From Candidatus Multivoradales bacterium (GTDB lineage Bacteria > Acidobacteriota > Thermoanaerobaculia > Multivoradales > JAHEKO01): DNA of 64,000 nt. Both the position numbers and the translations under genes were made by a program. The notes under the pieces were generated by a model. It did not search any database, was not told the DNA's origin, and was given only the letters and a program-made list of their open reading frames with translations. The first letter of the stretch is position 1. Each line of letters starts with the position of its first letter. Where the stretch lies: assembly GCA_965223855.1 (NCBI GenBank), contig CBDCXM010000009.1, positions 1,696,001-1,760,000 of the forward strand, in the 5' to 3' direction. Below, piece after piece: positions 55,082 through 64,000 of this stretch.

Positions 55082-55938
55082 TCCACCTTGCCGAGCGAGG
55101 TCTCTTCCACGATCTTCCAGTTGCCTTCTTCCAGCTCGAAGACGAGTCGCTTGTCGACGACGTCGCTGTAGTGGTCGGCGCGGTAGCTCTGGCGGAAGCG
55201 GGCGTGCGCGACCCCCTGGTCGAGGCTCACCCGCAGGTCGGAGATCGTCACCTCGATCGACTCGGGCGTCGAGATGCGTTGCCGCCGCTGCCCGGTCCAT
55301 TCGGCGCGGCTCGAGTCCGGCGGGAAGAACTCCTCAGAGTAGCTGTCGAGATAGTCGTCGACTCTCTGCTCCTGCCAGGCGGCCGCCCAGCGGCTGACCG
55401 CCGATCGAATCCCGTCGCGGGTGGGCTCGATGGTTTCCGGGCGGGCCTGCTGGGCGATCGGTCTTCCGCTCCCGGGGCCAGCCCTGCCGGCTGCGCGAGT
55501 GCCGACGGGGGTCGGGTCGGGCGCGGGAGCCTCCCGGTCGCGCTGCGCCCGCTCGATCATGAGCCGTGCACGAGTCCGCTCGGAGGCGGCCAGCTCCTGT
55601 CGGAGGTCTTCGTTCACCTTCGAAACGGCCAGGAGGCGAGTCTCGAGTTCGTCGCGCGAGAGGCCTTCGAGGACCCGGCGGTCCAGAGGACCGAGTTCTG
55701 TCTCTGCGGCGACGGGGGTGGGCTGTGCCGCCGGGGTGGCCTGATCCCCCGAGCTGACGGCCACTGCCGGCTTCGCAGCAGTGCCGGCGCCGGAGTCCCC
55801 TCCGCACCCTGGCAGAAGCAGGGCCAGGCCGAGGATTGACGACCGGATTGGTGTTCGGTGCAGTTTCCGCCCGCCGTCCCGAAGCCGGCAAGCGGCCGAG
55901 GCGCAGCGAGACGGGCGACTGTTTCTGGCAGGCTGCAT
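55078..55938 (-). CDS. Lipoprotein with coiled coil and C-terminal NTF2-like domain (start uncertain)
   Basis: LLLPGC lipobox; WAAAWQEQRVDDYLDSYSEEF...FRQSYRADHYSDVVDKRL...WKIVEE. Confidence 0.7.
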   Translation of the reverse strand: MQPARNSRPSRCASAACRLRDGGRKLHRTPIRSSILGLALLLPGCGGDSGAGTAAKPAVAVSSGDQATPAAQPTPVAAETELGPLDRRVLEGLSRDELETRLLAVSKVNEDLRQELAASERTRARLMIERAQRDREAPAPDPTPVGTRAAGRAGPGSGRPIAQQARPETIEPTRDGIRSAVSRWAAAWQEQRVDDYLDSYSEEFFPPDSSRAEWTGQRRQRISTPESIEVTISDLRVSLDQGVAHARFRQSYRADHYSDVVDKRLVFELEEGNWKIVEETSLGKVE

Positions 55939-56062
55939 GATGGACCCGGGCGCCGGGGGAGACCGAGTCTACTCGGCCTCGAGGAAAGTGAGCTGCTGCT
56001 AGACTCGGCCGGTTCGGCGGGCGGTGACGCGCCCCCGCCTGGAGGGACTGGAGGCAGGAGCC

Positions 56063-58561
56063 GTGAGACACCCGAGCGCCCCGCACATGGGCGAAACAGA
56101 CGACCGGAGTCCTCAGCCGGGGACCGCCCTGCCGGCGAGGTACGAAGGGTCGAATCAGCTCCCCGCGCATCGCTCGGCTGCGCCTCCGCTTCCTCAGCAG
56201 GAGGAGGCCTTTCCGCTCGAGCGCTATCTGCAGGCTCTCAAGCGTCGCAAGTGGCTGGCACTGGCTGTGACTGCCATCGTCGTCGTGATGGCCTTCGTGC
56301 AGGTGACGACGACGACGCCGCTGTACCGAGCGACCGCGACCATGCAGATCGATCCGGAGCTGAACAACGTGCTCCCGTACGAGCAGGTGGTGGCCCAGAC
56401 CGCTCCCGGTGGGTGGATGCTCCACGAGTACATCGCGACTCAGTCCCGCAAGTTCAACAGCGCTGCCCTGGCTGAGCGTGTCGTCGAGAGGCTCGACCTG
56501 GTCGATCGCGAGGACTTCGCGATGGAGGTCCGCGCAGGGCTGGTCAGCCGGCTGACGAATCGCATGCTCCGTTCGGTGCGCGCCCTGTTCGGGGGACGGA
56601 AGGCGGCGGCGCCGCTACCGGAGTCGGCGAGCCCCGAGGAGGAGAGTCGTCCGAGTCTCGAGGCCGGGGAGCAGCAGGCCGCCGACCAACAGCAGGCCTC
56701 CGAGGCGCGGCAGGTCGATGAGGAGCGGAAGGCCGCCGAGGTGCGGCAGGCCGCGGGACGGGTACGTGCCGGGATCAGGGTGCAGCCGGTCCCGGAGACG
56801 CGGTTGCTCGAGGTCAGCTTCATGTCCCCGAGTCGTGAGGTCGCTGCAGATGTCGCCAACGCCGCGGTCCTGGAGTTCATCAATCTTCATCTTGAGGAGA
56901 ACTTCAAGGCGAGCGAGAGCGCCAGCAACTTCCTCCGAGACGAGCTGATCGAGCTGCAGGTTGACGTCGAGAAGTCCGAGCAGGCGCTGCTCGCCTACGC
57001 GAAGGACAACGACATCGTCAACATCAACGATCGCGACACCATCAATCGAAAGCGGCTGGCGGATCTCAACGATCAGCTGACCCTGGCGAAGGCCGAGCTC
57101 CTCCAGAAGCAGGCGTTCTACGCCTCTGCCAGCAGTGCCAATGCCGCTTCGCTCCCGGAGAGTCTGAAGACCGCCAATATCCTCGCTCTCGAGCGGCGGT
57201 TGTCGGAGGTGGAGCTGGAGCTGGCCGGCTTCTCCAGCCGCTACGGCCCGGAATGGCCGGCGGTCAAGCAGCTCAACACCGAAGTCGGCGAATTGCGACT
57301 CCAACTTCAGATGGAGCGCCGCCAGGCTCTGCAGTCCGTTCGTCAGGACTTCGAGGTCGCTCAGCGACGGCACGCGACGCTGCAGGCCGCCGTCGACGAA
57401 CAGCGAGACCTCGTGGAGCAGCTCGATGACGACTCGATCCAGTACAACATCCTCAGGCGCGAGGTGGAGTCGAACAAGGAGCTCTACGAGGGTTTGCTGC
57501 AGCGGCTGAAGGAGACCGGAGTCGCTTCCGGGCTCGCGGCCAGCAATATCCGGATGGCCGAGGAGGCTCTCGCTCCCGGCGGCGCGGCGTCGCCGCAGAA
57601 GACTCGCGCCCTGTTGCTGGCCTTGATCGTGGGCCTTTTTCTCGGCGTCGCCGCCGTCGTGCTGGCGGAAGCGCTCGACAACACCATCCAGTCGGCGGAG
57701 GACATCGATCGGCTGCTCGGCTTTCCCGCACTCGGCGTGGTGCCGGATCTCGCTCGCCGCAAGCCGAGTGTCGCCGAGGGGCTGTTCGGCAACCTGTTTC
57801 GCAAGCGCAAGATCGAGCGCACCGGGCCGAAGGTGGTCGATCTCGATTCCTCGGAGGGCTTCCGCGCTCTCGAGGCGTTCCGCTCGTTGCGGACCTCTCT
57901 GATGCTGTCTCACGCGGGCAAGCCGCCCCAGGTCGTGCTGGTGACGTCCGCCATGCCGGCCGAAGGCAAGAGCACCACGGCGACGAACACCGCCCTGGTG
58001 CTGGCTCAGACCGGTGCCCGGACGCTCCTCGTCGACTGCGACATCCGGCGCCCCTCGCTCTGGGAAGTGTTCGACGTTCCGTCCTCGACCGGCATGACGA
58101 CGTACCTCGCGGGAAGCTCGAGGTTCGCGTCGCAGGTTCAGGCAACGCAGCGTCCGAACCTCTTCGTCGTCGGCGCCGGGCCGCTGGCACCGAATCCGAC
58201 CGAACTCCTGGGGTCGAGCCGCATGCTCGCGGGCCTCAAGTTGATGCGCGAGCATTTCGACTACGTCGTGATCGACAGCCCGCCGTTGCTGGAGATCAGC
58301 GATTCGCTGGTGCTCTCCCAGCATGTGGACGGTGTGCTGTTGGTGACTCGCAGCGGTCACACCCCTTGGAAGGCCGTCGCGCGTGCCGGCTCACAGCTCA
58401 TGAGCGTCGGGGCGACGTTGCTCGGGGTGGTGCTCAACGCCGTCGATACGTCTTCGGAGCAGTACGGGTATGGGTACGGGTACGGCTACGGCTACGGCTA
58501 CGGGTATGGAGACCGGCGGCGTGAGGAACAGGCCGCCGCGGAGGCGCGCGAGAGCGCCTAG
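56063..58561 (+). CDS. wzc: Wzc/GumC polysaccharide co-polymerase tyrosine autokinase
   Basis: Two TMs flanking coiled coils; EAFRSLRTSL, TSAMPAEGKST, VDCDIRRP, IDSPP; C-terminal (YG)8. Confidence 0.93.
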   Translation: MRHPSAPHMGETDDRSPQPGTALPARYEGSNQLPAHRSAAPPLPQQEEAFPLERYLQALKRRKWLALAVTAIVVVMAFVQVTTTTPLYRATATMQIDPELNNVLPYEQVVAQTAPGGWMLHEYIATQSRKFNSAALAERVVERLDLVDREDFAMEVRAGLVSRLTNRMLRSVRALFGGRKAAAPLPESASPEEESRPSLEAGEQQAADQQQASEARQVDEERKAAEVRQAAGRVRAGIRVQPVPETRLLEVSFMSPSREVAADVANAAVLEFINLHLEENFKASESASNFLRDELIELQVDVEKSEQALLAYAKDNDIVNINDRDTINRKRLADLNDQLTLAKAELLQKQAFYASASSANAASLPESLKTANILALERRLSEVELELAGFSSRYGPEWPAVKQLNTEVGELRLQLQMERRQALQSVRQDFEVAQRRHATLQAAVDEQRDLVEQLDDDSIQYNILRREVESNKELYEGLLQRLKETGVASGLAASNIRMAEEALAPGGAASPQKTRALLLALIVGLFLGVAAVVLAEALDNTIQSAEDIDRLLGFPALGVVPDLARRKPSVAEGLFGNLFRKRKIERTGPKVVDLDSSEGFRALEAFRSLRTSLMLSHAGKPPQVVLVTSAMPAEGKSTTATNTALVLAQTGARTLLVDCDIRRPSLWEVFDVPSSTGMTTYLAGSSRFASQVQATQRPNLFVVGAGPLAPNPTELLGSSRMLAGLKLMREHFDYVVIDSPPLLEISDSLVLSQHVDGVLLVTRSGHTPWKAVARAGSQLMSVGATLLGVVLNAVDTSSEQYGYGYGYGYGYGYGYGDRRREEQAAAEARESA

Positions 58562-58566
58562 GCCTG

Positions 58567-59832
58567 TTGATCGGGGAGGGCAGGTTGACGACCGGCCGGG
58601 CCGCCTGGTTGGTGCTCGTCGGTTGGATGGCCGTTGTCGCGTTTGCCTTCTGGCGTTTCGGCGGTACCCGCTTCACAGATGCCCACCTTGTTGTGCTCGG
58701 GCTGGCCGCTGTCGCGACCCTCGGAGCTTGGCTGCTGCCGCTCAGTCCTCCGATCACAAGCAGGCTCGCCGTCCTGCTCGGAGTCGGAGTCGTGCTCAGT
58801 GTGCAGGTCTGGCGGCTGCCCACCGTCGAGAGCGCGGGCTACCTTCACCTCCTGATCGGTTGGCTTGCGCTCAGCCTGATCCTGGCCGTCGTCCACGGCC
58901 ATCCTCCGAGCGCCGGCCGGTTGGCCCTTGCGCTGGCCGTGCTCGGAGTCGTCGAGGCCGGCATCGGGATCGTTCAGGCGCTGGGCGGCATCGACTACAT
59001 CGGCAGCTACTTTCGAGACGTCGGCGCGATCGCCACCGGTACGTTGATCAACCGCAACCACTTCGCCGGCCTGCTCAACATGGTGTGGCCGCTCGCCCTG
59101 GCAGCGGTGGCCGTGGCGCCGACGCATCGGCGGCGGCACGGGCGACTCAGGCTGTGGGGCGTCCTCGCGAGCTGTGCGCTGATGGGCATTGCCGTCCTGC
59201 TGTCGCAGTCCAGGGGGGGCACCCTGGTCATGATCGCGACCGCCATCTACATGACGACCGTCCTGTTCGTGGGACGGCGTCAGATGGTTGGAGGCGCCGG
59301 GGCGGTGCTCGTCCCGGTGGCTCTCGTTCTCGCCGTGGCCGTCGTCGGCCTCGTGGTCGGTCTCGAGCCGCTGGCGGACCGGTTCGGCGGCCTGGAGAAG
59401 GAGGTGTCACGGCTCGATGTGTACCTGGACACGATCGAGCTCATCGGCGATCAGCCGATCGCCGGCGTCGGCCCGGGCCTCTACCGTTGGCATTTCCGCC
59501 CCTACCAGTCCGTGTGGGCGGGGGTCTGGTATCAACACGCTCACAACGACTACCTCGAGTCGGCCGCCGAATGGGGAGTGCCGCTGGCGCTGATCGTCTG
59601 GGGCGGAGTGCTGTTTCGCTGCCTGCGCGCAGCCCGTACGTACCTCGAGTCTCACGACCCGAGGATTCGCGCACTGTCGCTCGGCGCGTCCGCGGCGATC
59701 TTCTCGATGGCGGCACACAGCCTCGTCGATCTCAACTTGCAGGTCCCCGGTAACCTCCTCGTGTTCGCTTCGATCATCGGCATGGCCTGGGCTCTCGACC
59801 TGCACCGGAGCCAGCCGGAGGCCGTTTCGTGA
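58567..59832 (+). CDS. O-antigen ligase/Wzy-like membrane protein
   Basis: GTLINRNHFAG, SQSRGG, GVGPG, HAHNDYLE, HSLVD. Confidence 0.88.
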   Translation: MIGEGRLTTGRAAWLVLVGWMAVVAFAFWRFGGTRFTDAHLVVLGLAAVATLGAWLLPLSPPITSRLAVLLGVGVVLSVQVWRLPTVESAGYLHLLIGWLALSLILAVVHGHPPSAGRLALALAVLGVVEAGIGIVQALGGIDYIGSYFRDVGAIATGTLINRNHFAGLLNMVWPLALAAVAVAPTHRRRHGRLRLWGVLASCALMGIAVLLSQSRGGTLVMIATAIYMTTVLFVGRRQMVGGAGAVLVPVALVLAVAVVGLVVGLEPLADRFGGLEKEVSRLDVYLDTIELIGDQPIAGVGPGLYRWHFRPYQSVWAGVWYQHAHNDYLESAAEWGVPLALIVWGGVLFRCLRAARTYLESHDPRIRALSLGASAAIFSMAAHSLVDLNLQVPGNLLVFASIIGMAWALDLHRSQPEAVS

Positions 59833-61106
59833 GGCTCGCTGCTCGGTGCCTTCTCACCGCGGCCCTTCTGCTGGCCTGCGGACGAGTGATCGCTCAGTAT
59901 CGTGCCGTGCGAACCGCGGGCGACGGCGAATCGGGGGAGCGTCTCCTGGCGGCGATCGCTCTCGATCCGACGTCGGCCGAGGCCTATTCCCTCCTCGGGC
60001 GCTGGGAACGCGACTCACCGGAGGGAGGCGGACTGGAGAAGGCCGAGTCGGCGTTGCAGCGTGCCACCGAGCTGCATCCGGCCCAGTGGCGATACCACCT
60101 CGAACTCGCCAGGACGCGGGAGTTGAGAGGGCGGACGAAGGAGGCGGAGGCCGCCTATCTCGAGGCGCTCGACCTCAATCCCCACAGCGGCGACTATCAA
60201 TGGCAGGTGGGCAGCTTCTACCTTCGTGCCGGTGACGAGGCGGCTGCGGCGGGGTACTTCGGTGCAGCGGTGTCCGCTGAGCCGAAGCTGTCGCTGCCGG
60301 CATACGAGATTCTGACAGGGCTCGCGGCCGGTGAGGAGCAGATCGACCGGGTCTGGCCTCGCGATCGCCGTTCGCGGGTCGATCTGCTCAAGGTAGCGAC
60401 CCGCCGCAGGAGCGAAGGAACTGCGCCTTCAATCGACTTCGTGATGTCGCAGTGGGAGGGGCTCCAGAGCGTCGATCCTCCCCTCTCCCTCGTCGAGGCG
60501 AACTCGGTGGTGGAGCACCTGCTCGCCCGAGGGGCAGCCGGGCTCGCTCGAGAGGCGTGGCTGGAACTGCAGCAGCGCATCGGGGTGAGGGACGACGCCT
60601 TCCTGACGCGGGCCAATCTGGTCTGGAACGGGGAGTTCGAGCGGCCCCCCGGACGGGGGGTATTCGACTGGTCCTTCCGAGGCCGCGACGAAGTACGGGC
60701 CGCTGCCTGTGACGATCGCGAGGTCGAGAGCGCGATCTGTCTCGAGTTTCCCGGCAACGAGAACCTCGATTTCGTCGATTTGCAGCAGGTCGTCGTCGTG
60801 GGCGATGGTGCCGGCGTGGTTGTGAGTTGGAGGGTCCGTGCGGAAGGTCTGACGACCGACGAAGGTCCGTTCCTCCAGGTGCTCGATGCGCGGTCCCGAC
60901 CTCTCGCTCAGACGGCTCCTCTCCGCGGATCGACCGGATGGACCACCGAGTCGGTCGAAGTGACTGCGCCCGAGGGGACCGACACCCTGAGGCTGAGGGT
61001 GAGGCGGCGTAAGAGCTCGAGGATCGACAGCAGGATTGACGGTCGTTTGTGGATCGACTCCGTGACCGCAGCGGCTCGCGTCGGGCGAGCTCAGGGGGTC
61101 TCGTGA
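59829..61106 (+). CDS. TPR-repeat protein with C-terminal carbohydrate-binding-like domain
   Basis: TPR-like helices (AIALDP, ATELHP, ALDLNP), then NLVWNGEFE...FDW...LWIDSV. Confidence 0.75.
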   Translation: MRLAARCLLTAALLLACGRVIAQYRAVRTAGDGESGERLLAAIALDPTSAEAYSLLGRWERDSPEGGGLEKAESALQRATELHPAQWRYHLELARTRELRGRTKEAEAAYLEALDLNPHSGDYQWQVGSFYLRAGDEAAAAGYFGAAVSAEPKLSLPAYEILTGLAAGEEQIDRVWPRDRRSRVDLLKVATRRRSEGTAPSIDFVMSQWEGLQSVDPPLSLVEANSVVEHLLARGAAGLAREAWLELQQRIGVRDDAFLTRANLVWNGEFERPPGRGVFDWSFRGRDEVRAAACDDREVESAICLEFPGNENLDFVDLQQVVVVGDGAGVVVSWRVRAEGLTTDEGPFLQVLDARSRPLAQTAPLRGSTGWTTESVEVTAPEGTDTLRLRVRRRKSSRIDSRIDGRLWIDSVTAAARVGRAQGVS

Positions 61107-61945
61107 ACCCGCTTCGCCGTGTCGCGGCAGCGGCGCTGCTGGCGGGTGCGCCCTTCTTTGCGGCCTTCGCTCAGTCGACTTCCAACGTGCTGGTGGTGCA
61201 TGTCGAGCCCGGAGCCGAGGTGACCTGGGAAGGCACCCGGCTCGGGACCGTCGGCGAGAGCGGCTCGATGACCATCGAGGGGCCGCCGGAGGGGACCTTC
61301 ACCCTGCTGCTGCGCAAGGACGGCTTCCTCGATCTGGAGAGGGAGGTCCGGATTCTGGCCGGCCGCAACGAAATCGATCTGCGACTCGAGGCGGTGGCGC
61401 GCACGCCGCCGGACGACGGGGAGCGCCCTTCGGCGCCGGTCGTCTCGACGCTGCCCGAAGAGCCGGAGGAGACCGCCGGTACAACTCCTTCCGAGCTGGC
61501 TTCCCCGCGGGAGACGCCCGAGGTCGAGCCCTTCGAGGCGGGCGGAGACAGGGGCGATGCTGCCACCGAGGCAGAGAGCTTGCCGCCGGGTCCGCAGTCC
61601 GAGCCTTCGGCTGCCGCCGAGCATCGGTCGGTGGGCAAGTGGCCCCTGGCCGCGGGCGCTGCCCTGATGGCGCTCATCGCCGCAGCGCTCCTGTGGCGCC
61701 GTCGAGCGGCGGTTCCCGATCCAGCCGCGAAGGGCGGGAGTCGTGAGGGGGCTCGACAGTCGCTGCGGACGCCGACGCCGTCGCGAGCGGAGCTTGCCGC
61801 CGCCCCAACGATCCAACACGATCGGCAGTCGGACGAGTTCCTGGCGCAGCTGCGGCGCCGCGAGCATGACATCGAGCAGGAGGAGGCAGGCAACGAGGTG
61901 ATCGAGGCCGAAGTTCTCGAGGTGTGGGAGGAGAACGAGACCTGA
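61103..61945 (+). CDS. PEGA-domain membrane protein
   Basis: Signal peptide, PGAEVTWEG...GTFTLLLRKDGF, Pro/Glu linker, TM followed by WRRR. Confidence 0.7.
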   Translation: MNPLRRVAAAALLAGAPFFAAFAQSTSNVLVVHVEPGAEVTWEGTRLGTVGESGSMTIEGPPEGTFTLLLRKDGFLDLEREVRILAGRNEIDLRLEAVARTPPDDGERPSAPVVSTLPEEPEETAGTTPSELASPRETPEVEPFEAGGDRGDAATEAESLPPGPQSEPSAAAEHRSVGKWPLAAGAALMALIAAALLWRRRAAVPDPAAKGGSREGARQSLRTPTPSRAELAAAPTIQHDRQSDEFLAQLRRREHDIEQEEAGNEVIEAEVLEVWEENET

Positions 61946-62865
61946 TGGCGTCTGGAGCGACTCTCTCGGTGGTGGCGGTCGTCATGGCGCTCGACGGTGG
62001 GCAGGCGACGATCGATCGCGGACTGGTCGATGGGCTCCTGCCCGCGGATCGGGGAACCAGCTTCTACGAACTCGTCGTCGACGGCGTCGGGCATCGCATC
62101 GATTCCGGCGTGGTGACTCTCGAGGAGTTGAGGGAGCGGGACTCCTCGGTGGCGGGCTCCGACCTCCACGTCGGCTCGCGTGTCGCGTTCGAGATCCCGG
62201 CTGAACGAATCGCCGATCGGAGCCTCATCGCTGCGGCACGCCGCCACCTGCCGGTGGCCGAAGCGGACGCCCTCGTCGGCCGGCTGCTGGAGGGCCTCGT
62301 GGCGAGCGACGATCCCGCGGTTCGAGAAGCGCTGGGACTCGACTCCGATCCGCCGGAGCCGACGGGTGCGTCTGCTCCGGCGGGGGCGACTGCGCAGGCC
62401 GCGGTGGTCGCGGAGCCGGAGATGGTCCGAGTCCCGGAAGGTCGCTACTGGATCGGTGCCGCCGCAGATGCCGCGAAGTTCTTCAATGAGCAGCCTCGAC
62501 ACAGGGTCCGTCTGGACGCTTTCTGGATCGATCGAGAGGCGATCGGGCCTCCCGAGGGCACCAGGAGCTTCGCCGAAGCCGAGCGTTTCTGCGCGGCGCA
62601 GGGGAAGCGGCTGCCGACGGAGCAGGAGTGGGAGACGGCGATCCGAAACCGGGCGGCAGAGCGCTCCGAAGTCTTCGAGTGGACCGCGTCGCCGTACGCT
62701 CCCTACCCCGGGAACCGGACACCGGAAGACGAGTACCATCGCGGGTACAAGGTGTTGCGCGGCGACGTGGACTCAGACGCGTTCCGCCCGGAGAGACGGC
62801 GGTTCATGGCACCGAAGCTCGAGCGTGAGTCGGTGGGGTTCCGCTGTGCCCGCTCGGACGGCTAG
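61945..62865 (+). CDS. FGE-sulfatase (SUMF1-like) domain protein
   Basis: MVRVPEG.YWIG, EQPRHRV, GKRLPTEQEWE, FEWT, VGFRCAR. Confidence 0.85.
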   Translation: MASGATLSVVAVVMALDGGQATIDRGLVDGLLPADRGTSFYELVVDGVGHRIDSGVVTLEELRERDSSVAGSDLHVGSRVAFEIPAERIADRSLIAAARRHLPVAEADALVGRLLEGLVASDDPAVREALGLDSDPPEPTGASAPAGATAQAAVVAEPEMVRVPEGRYWIGAAADAAKFFNEQPRHRVRLDAFWIDREAIGPPEGTRSFAEAERFCAAQGKRLPTEQEWETAIRNRAAERSEVFEWTASPYAPYPGNRTPEDEYHRGYKVLRGDVDSDAFRPERRRFMAPKLERESVGFRCARSDG

Positions 62866-63003
62866 AGCCGGCTCGCCGTCGGTCGCTCCCTGAGCTCGGA
62901 AGCCTGTGCGACAATCTCGCGCGGCGAAGAGGCGAAGGCCCCCCGAGGGCTGTCGACACCTCCTTCCACCCGATCGGCGGCAGCAGCCAGGAGTCAGGAG
63001 TCC

Positions 63004-64000
63004 ATGAGGAATCAGTCCATCGCAGGGAGAGAGCACCTGGTCGCTGTCGTGGCCCTGGCGTGCTCATTGTGGAGTGTCACGGGGTGCGGTGCGCCCGTAC
63101 CGCCGGCAACCGGCAACGAAGACTTGCAGGACGCGACGCAGGTCGCCGGGTCCGCAGGCGATACCGAGTCGGTGCGTCCGCCCTCGGCATCGGACGGAGC
63201 AGTCGCCCCGGCGACATCCCGATCCGATCGCGAATCGGCGTCCCGCGGGGAAGCGGGGGCCGTCGGCGAGGCGCGCCTCGGAGTCGGAGATGTGCTGGAG
63301 ATCGAGGTCTTCGGTCTCGACGAGCTCGAGCGCAAGGTTCGGGTCCAGGAGGACGGCACGATCTCCATGCCGCTCCTGGGGAAGATCCCTCTGGACGGGC
63401 TGACGATCCCGGCTGCTCAGGAGCGCATCGCTGCGCTGCTCACGGACCGCCGTCTGGTCAACGATCCGCAGGTCTCCATCTTCGTCGAGGAGTTCGCCAG
63501 TCGCGGCGTGAGTGTCCAGGGTGCCGTCAACGAGCCCGGGGTCTATCAGGTGATCGGCAATCGCTCGCTGCTGGACCTCATCGGGGAAGCAGGAGGCTTC
63601 TCGCCGGTGCGCGGGCGGAACCTGTTCGTCCTTCGCGAGACCGGACCTGGAGGTCAGCATCGTTTCGAGATCGATATCGACGCTCTTATCCAGGGGCGAG
63701 ACCGGTCCTTGAACATCTTCCTTCGCCCGGGCGATTTCGTGATGGTGCCGCAAGCCCGTCTGCAGAGGGTCTACGTCACGGGGGCCGTGGCCAGTCCTGG
63801 CGCCATCGAGTTCTCGAGCGGCGAGGGAATCACCGTCTTGCAGGCGATCACCGCCGCCGGCGGTCCGACCGAGCGCGCCAACCTCAAGAAGGTGTCGGTC
63901 AGCCGGCGCCTCGAAGACGGCACTCAACAGCGTTGGGAGATCAACGTGAAGGCGGTGCAGAACGGGAAGGCGGACGACTTCGTCCTGGAAGGGAATGACA
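63004..64000 (+). CDS. Polysaccharide export lipoprotein (Wza/SLBB family), partial
   Basis: Own translation: MRNQSIAG...SVTGC lipobox, LGVGDVLEIEVFG, DGTISMPLLG, VNDPQVSIFV, VQGAVNEPG. Runs off the window end and is not in the ORF track. Confidence 0.9.
   Translation, partial: MRNQSIAGREHLVAVVALACSLWSVTGCGAPVPPATGNEDLQDATQVAGSAGDTESVRPPSASDGAVAPATSRSDRESASRGEAGAVGEARLGVGDVLEIEVFGLDELERKVRVQEDGTISMPLLGKIPLDGLTIPAAQERIAALLTDRRLVNDPQVSIFVEEFASRGVSVQGAVNEPGVYQVIGNRSLLDLIGEAGGFSPVRGRNLFVLRETGPGGQHRFEIDIDALIQGRDRSLNIFLRPGDFVMVPQARLQRVYVTGAVASPGAIEFSSGEGITVLQAITAAGGPTERANLKKVSVSRRLEDGTQQRWEINVKAVQNGKADDFVLEGND

Noticed and set aside
58463-58510. (YG)8 hexamer tandem repeat as a contingency locus
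   Set aside because: It is the expected C-terminal tyrosine cluster of Wzc-type kinases, and the codons vary.

Overview
GC-rich, gene-dense bacterial window with about 55 CDS. The gene content (pilT-pilC-pilS-pilR, DUF4388, DUF2339/DUF3999, Thr-type sulfatase, wzc cluster) is compatible with an Acidobacteriota-like genome, but that assignment is inference. Mostly transport, housekeeping and envelope genes: two ArsR-SRPBCC modules, SSS symporter, RND pump, MFS, ppc, Thr dehydratase, HerA-like ATPase, ECF sigma/anti-sigma, THUMP methyltransferase, MltD, moeA/xdhC, pil genes, ABC transporter, pntAB, tmk/holB and the start of an exopolysaccharide locus. The stand-out is a three-gene locus at 15930-20342 that looks like a non-canonical split lanthipeptide system. 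It encodes (i) a 281-aa acidic precursor-like protein with 20 Cys, each followed by Ser/Thr before the next Cys (12 of 20 as C-X5-S/T), between a short N-terminal motif and a C-terminal coiled coil; (ii) a stand-alone HopA1/phosphothreonine-lyase-like protein; and (iii) a Ser/Thr kinase-LanC cyclase fusion with a CCG zinc motif. Both enzymes begin with a mutually similar RRE-like domain. Also present: a REP-like repeat cluster at 10074-10363, two palindromic ArsR operators (one inside a perfect sigma70 promoter), and several frameshifts that look like long-read indel errors. No rRNA, tRNA, CRISPR array or transposase was recognised. All calls are by eye; no database search was run.
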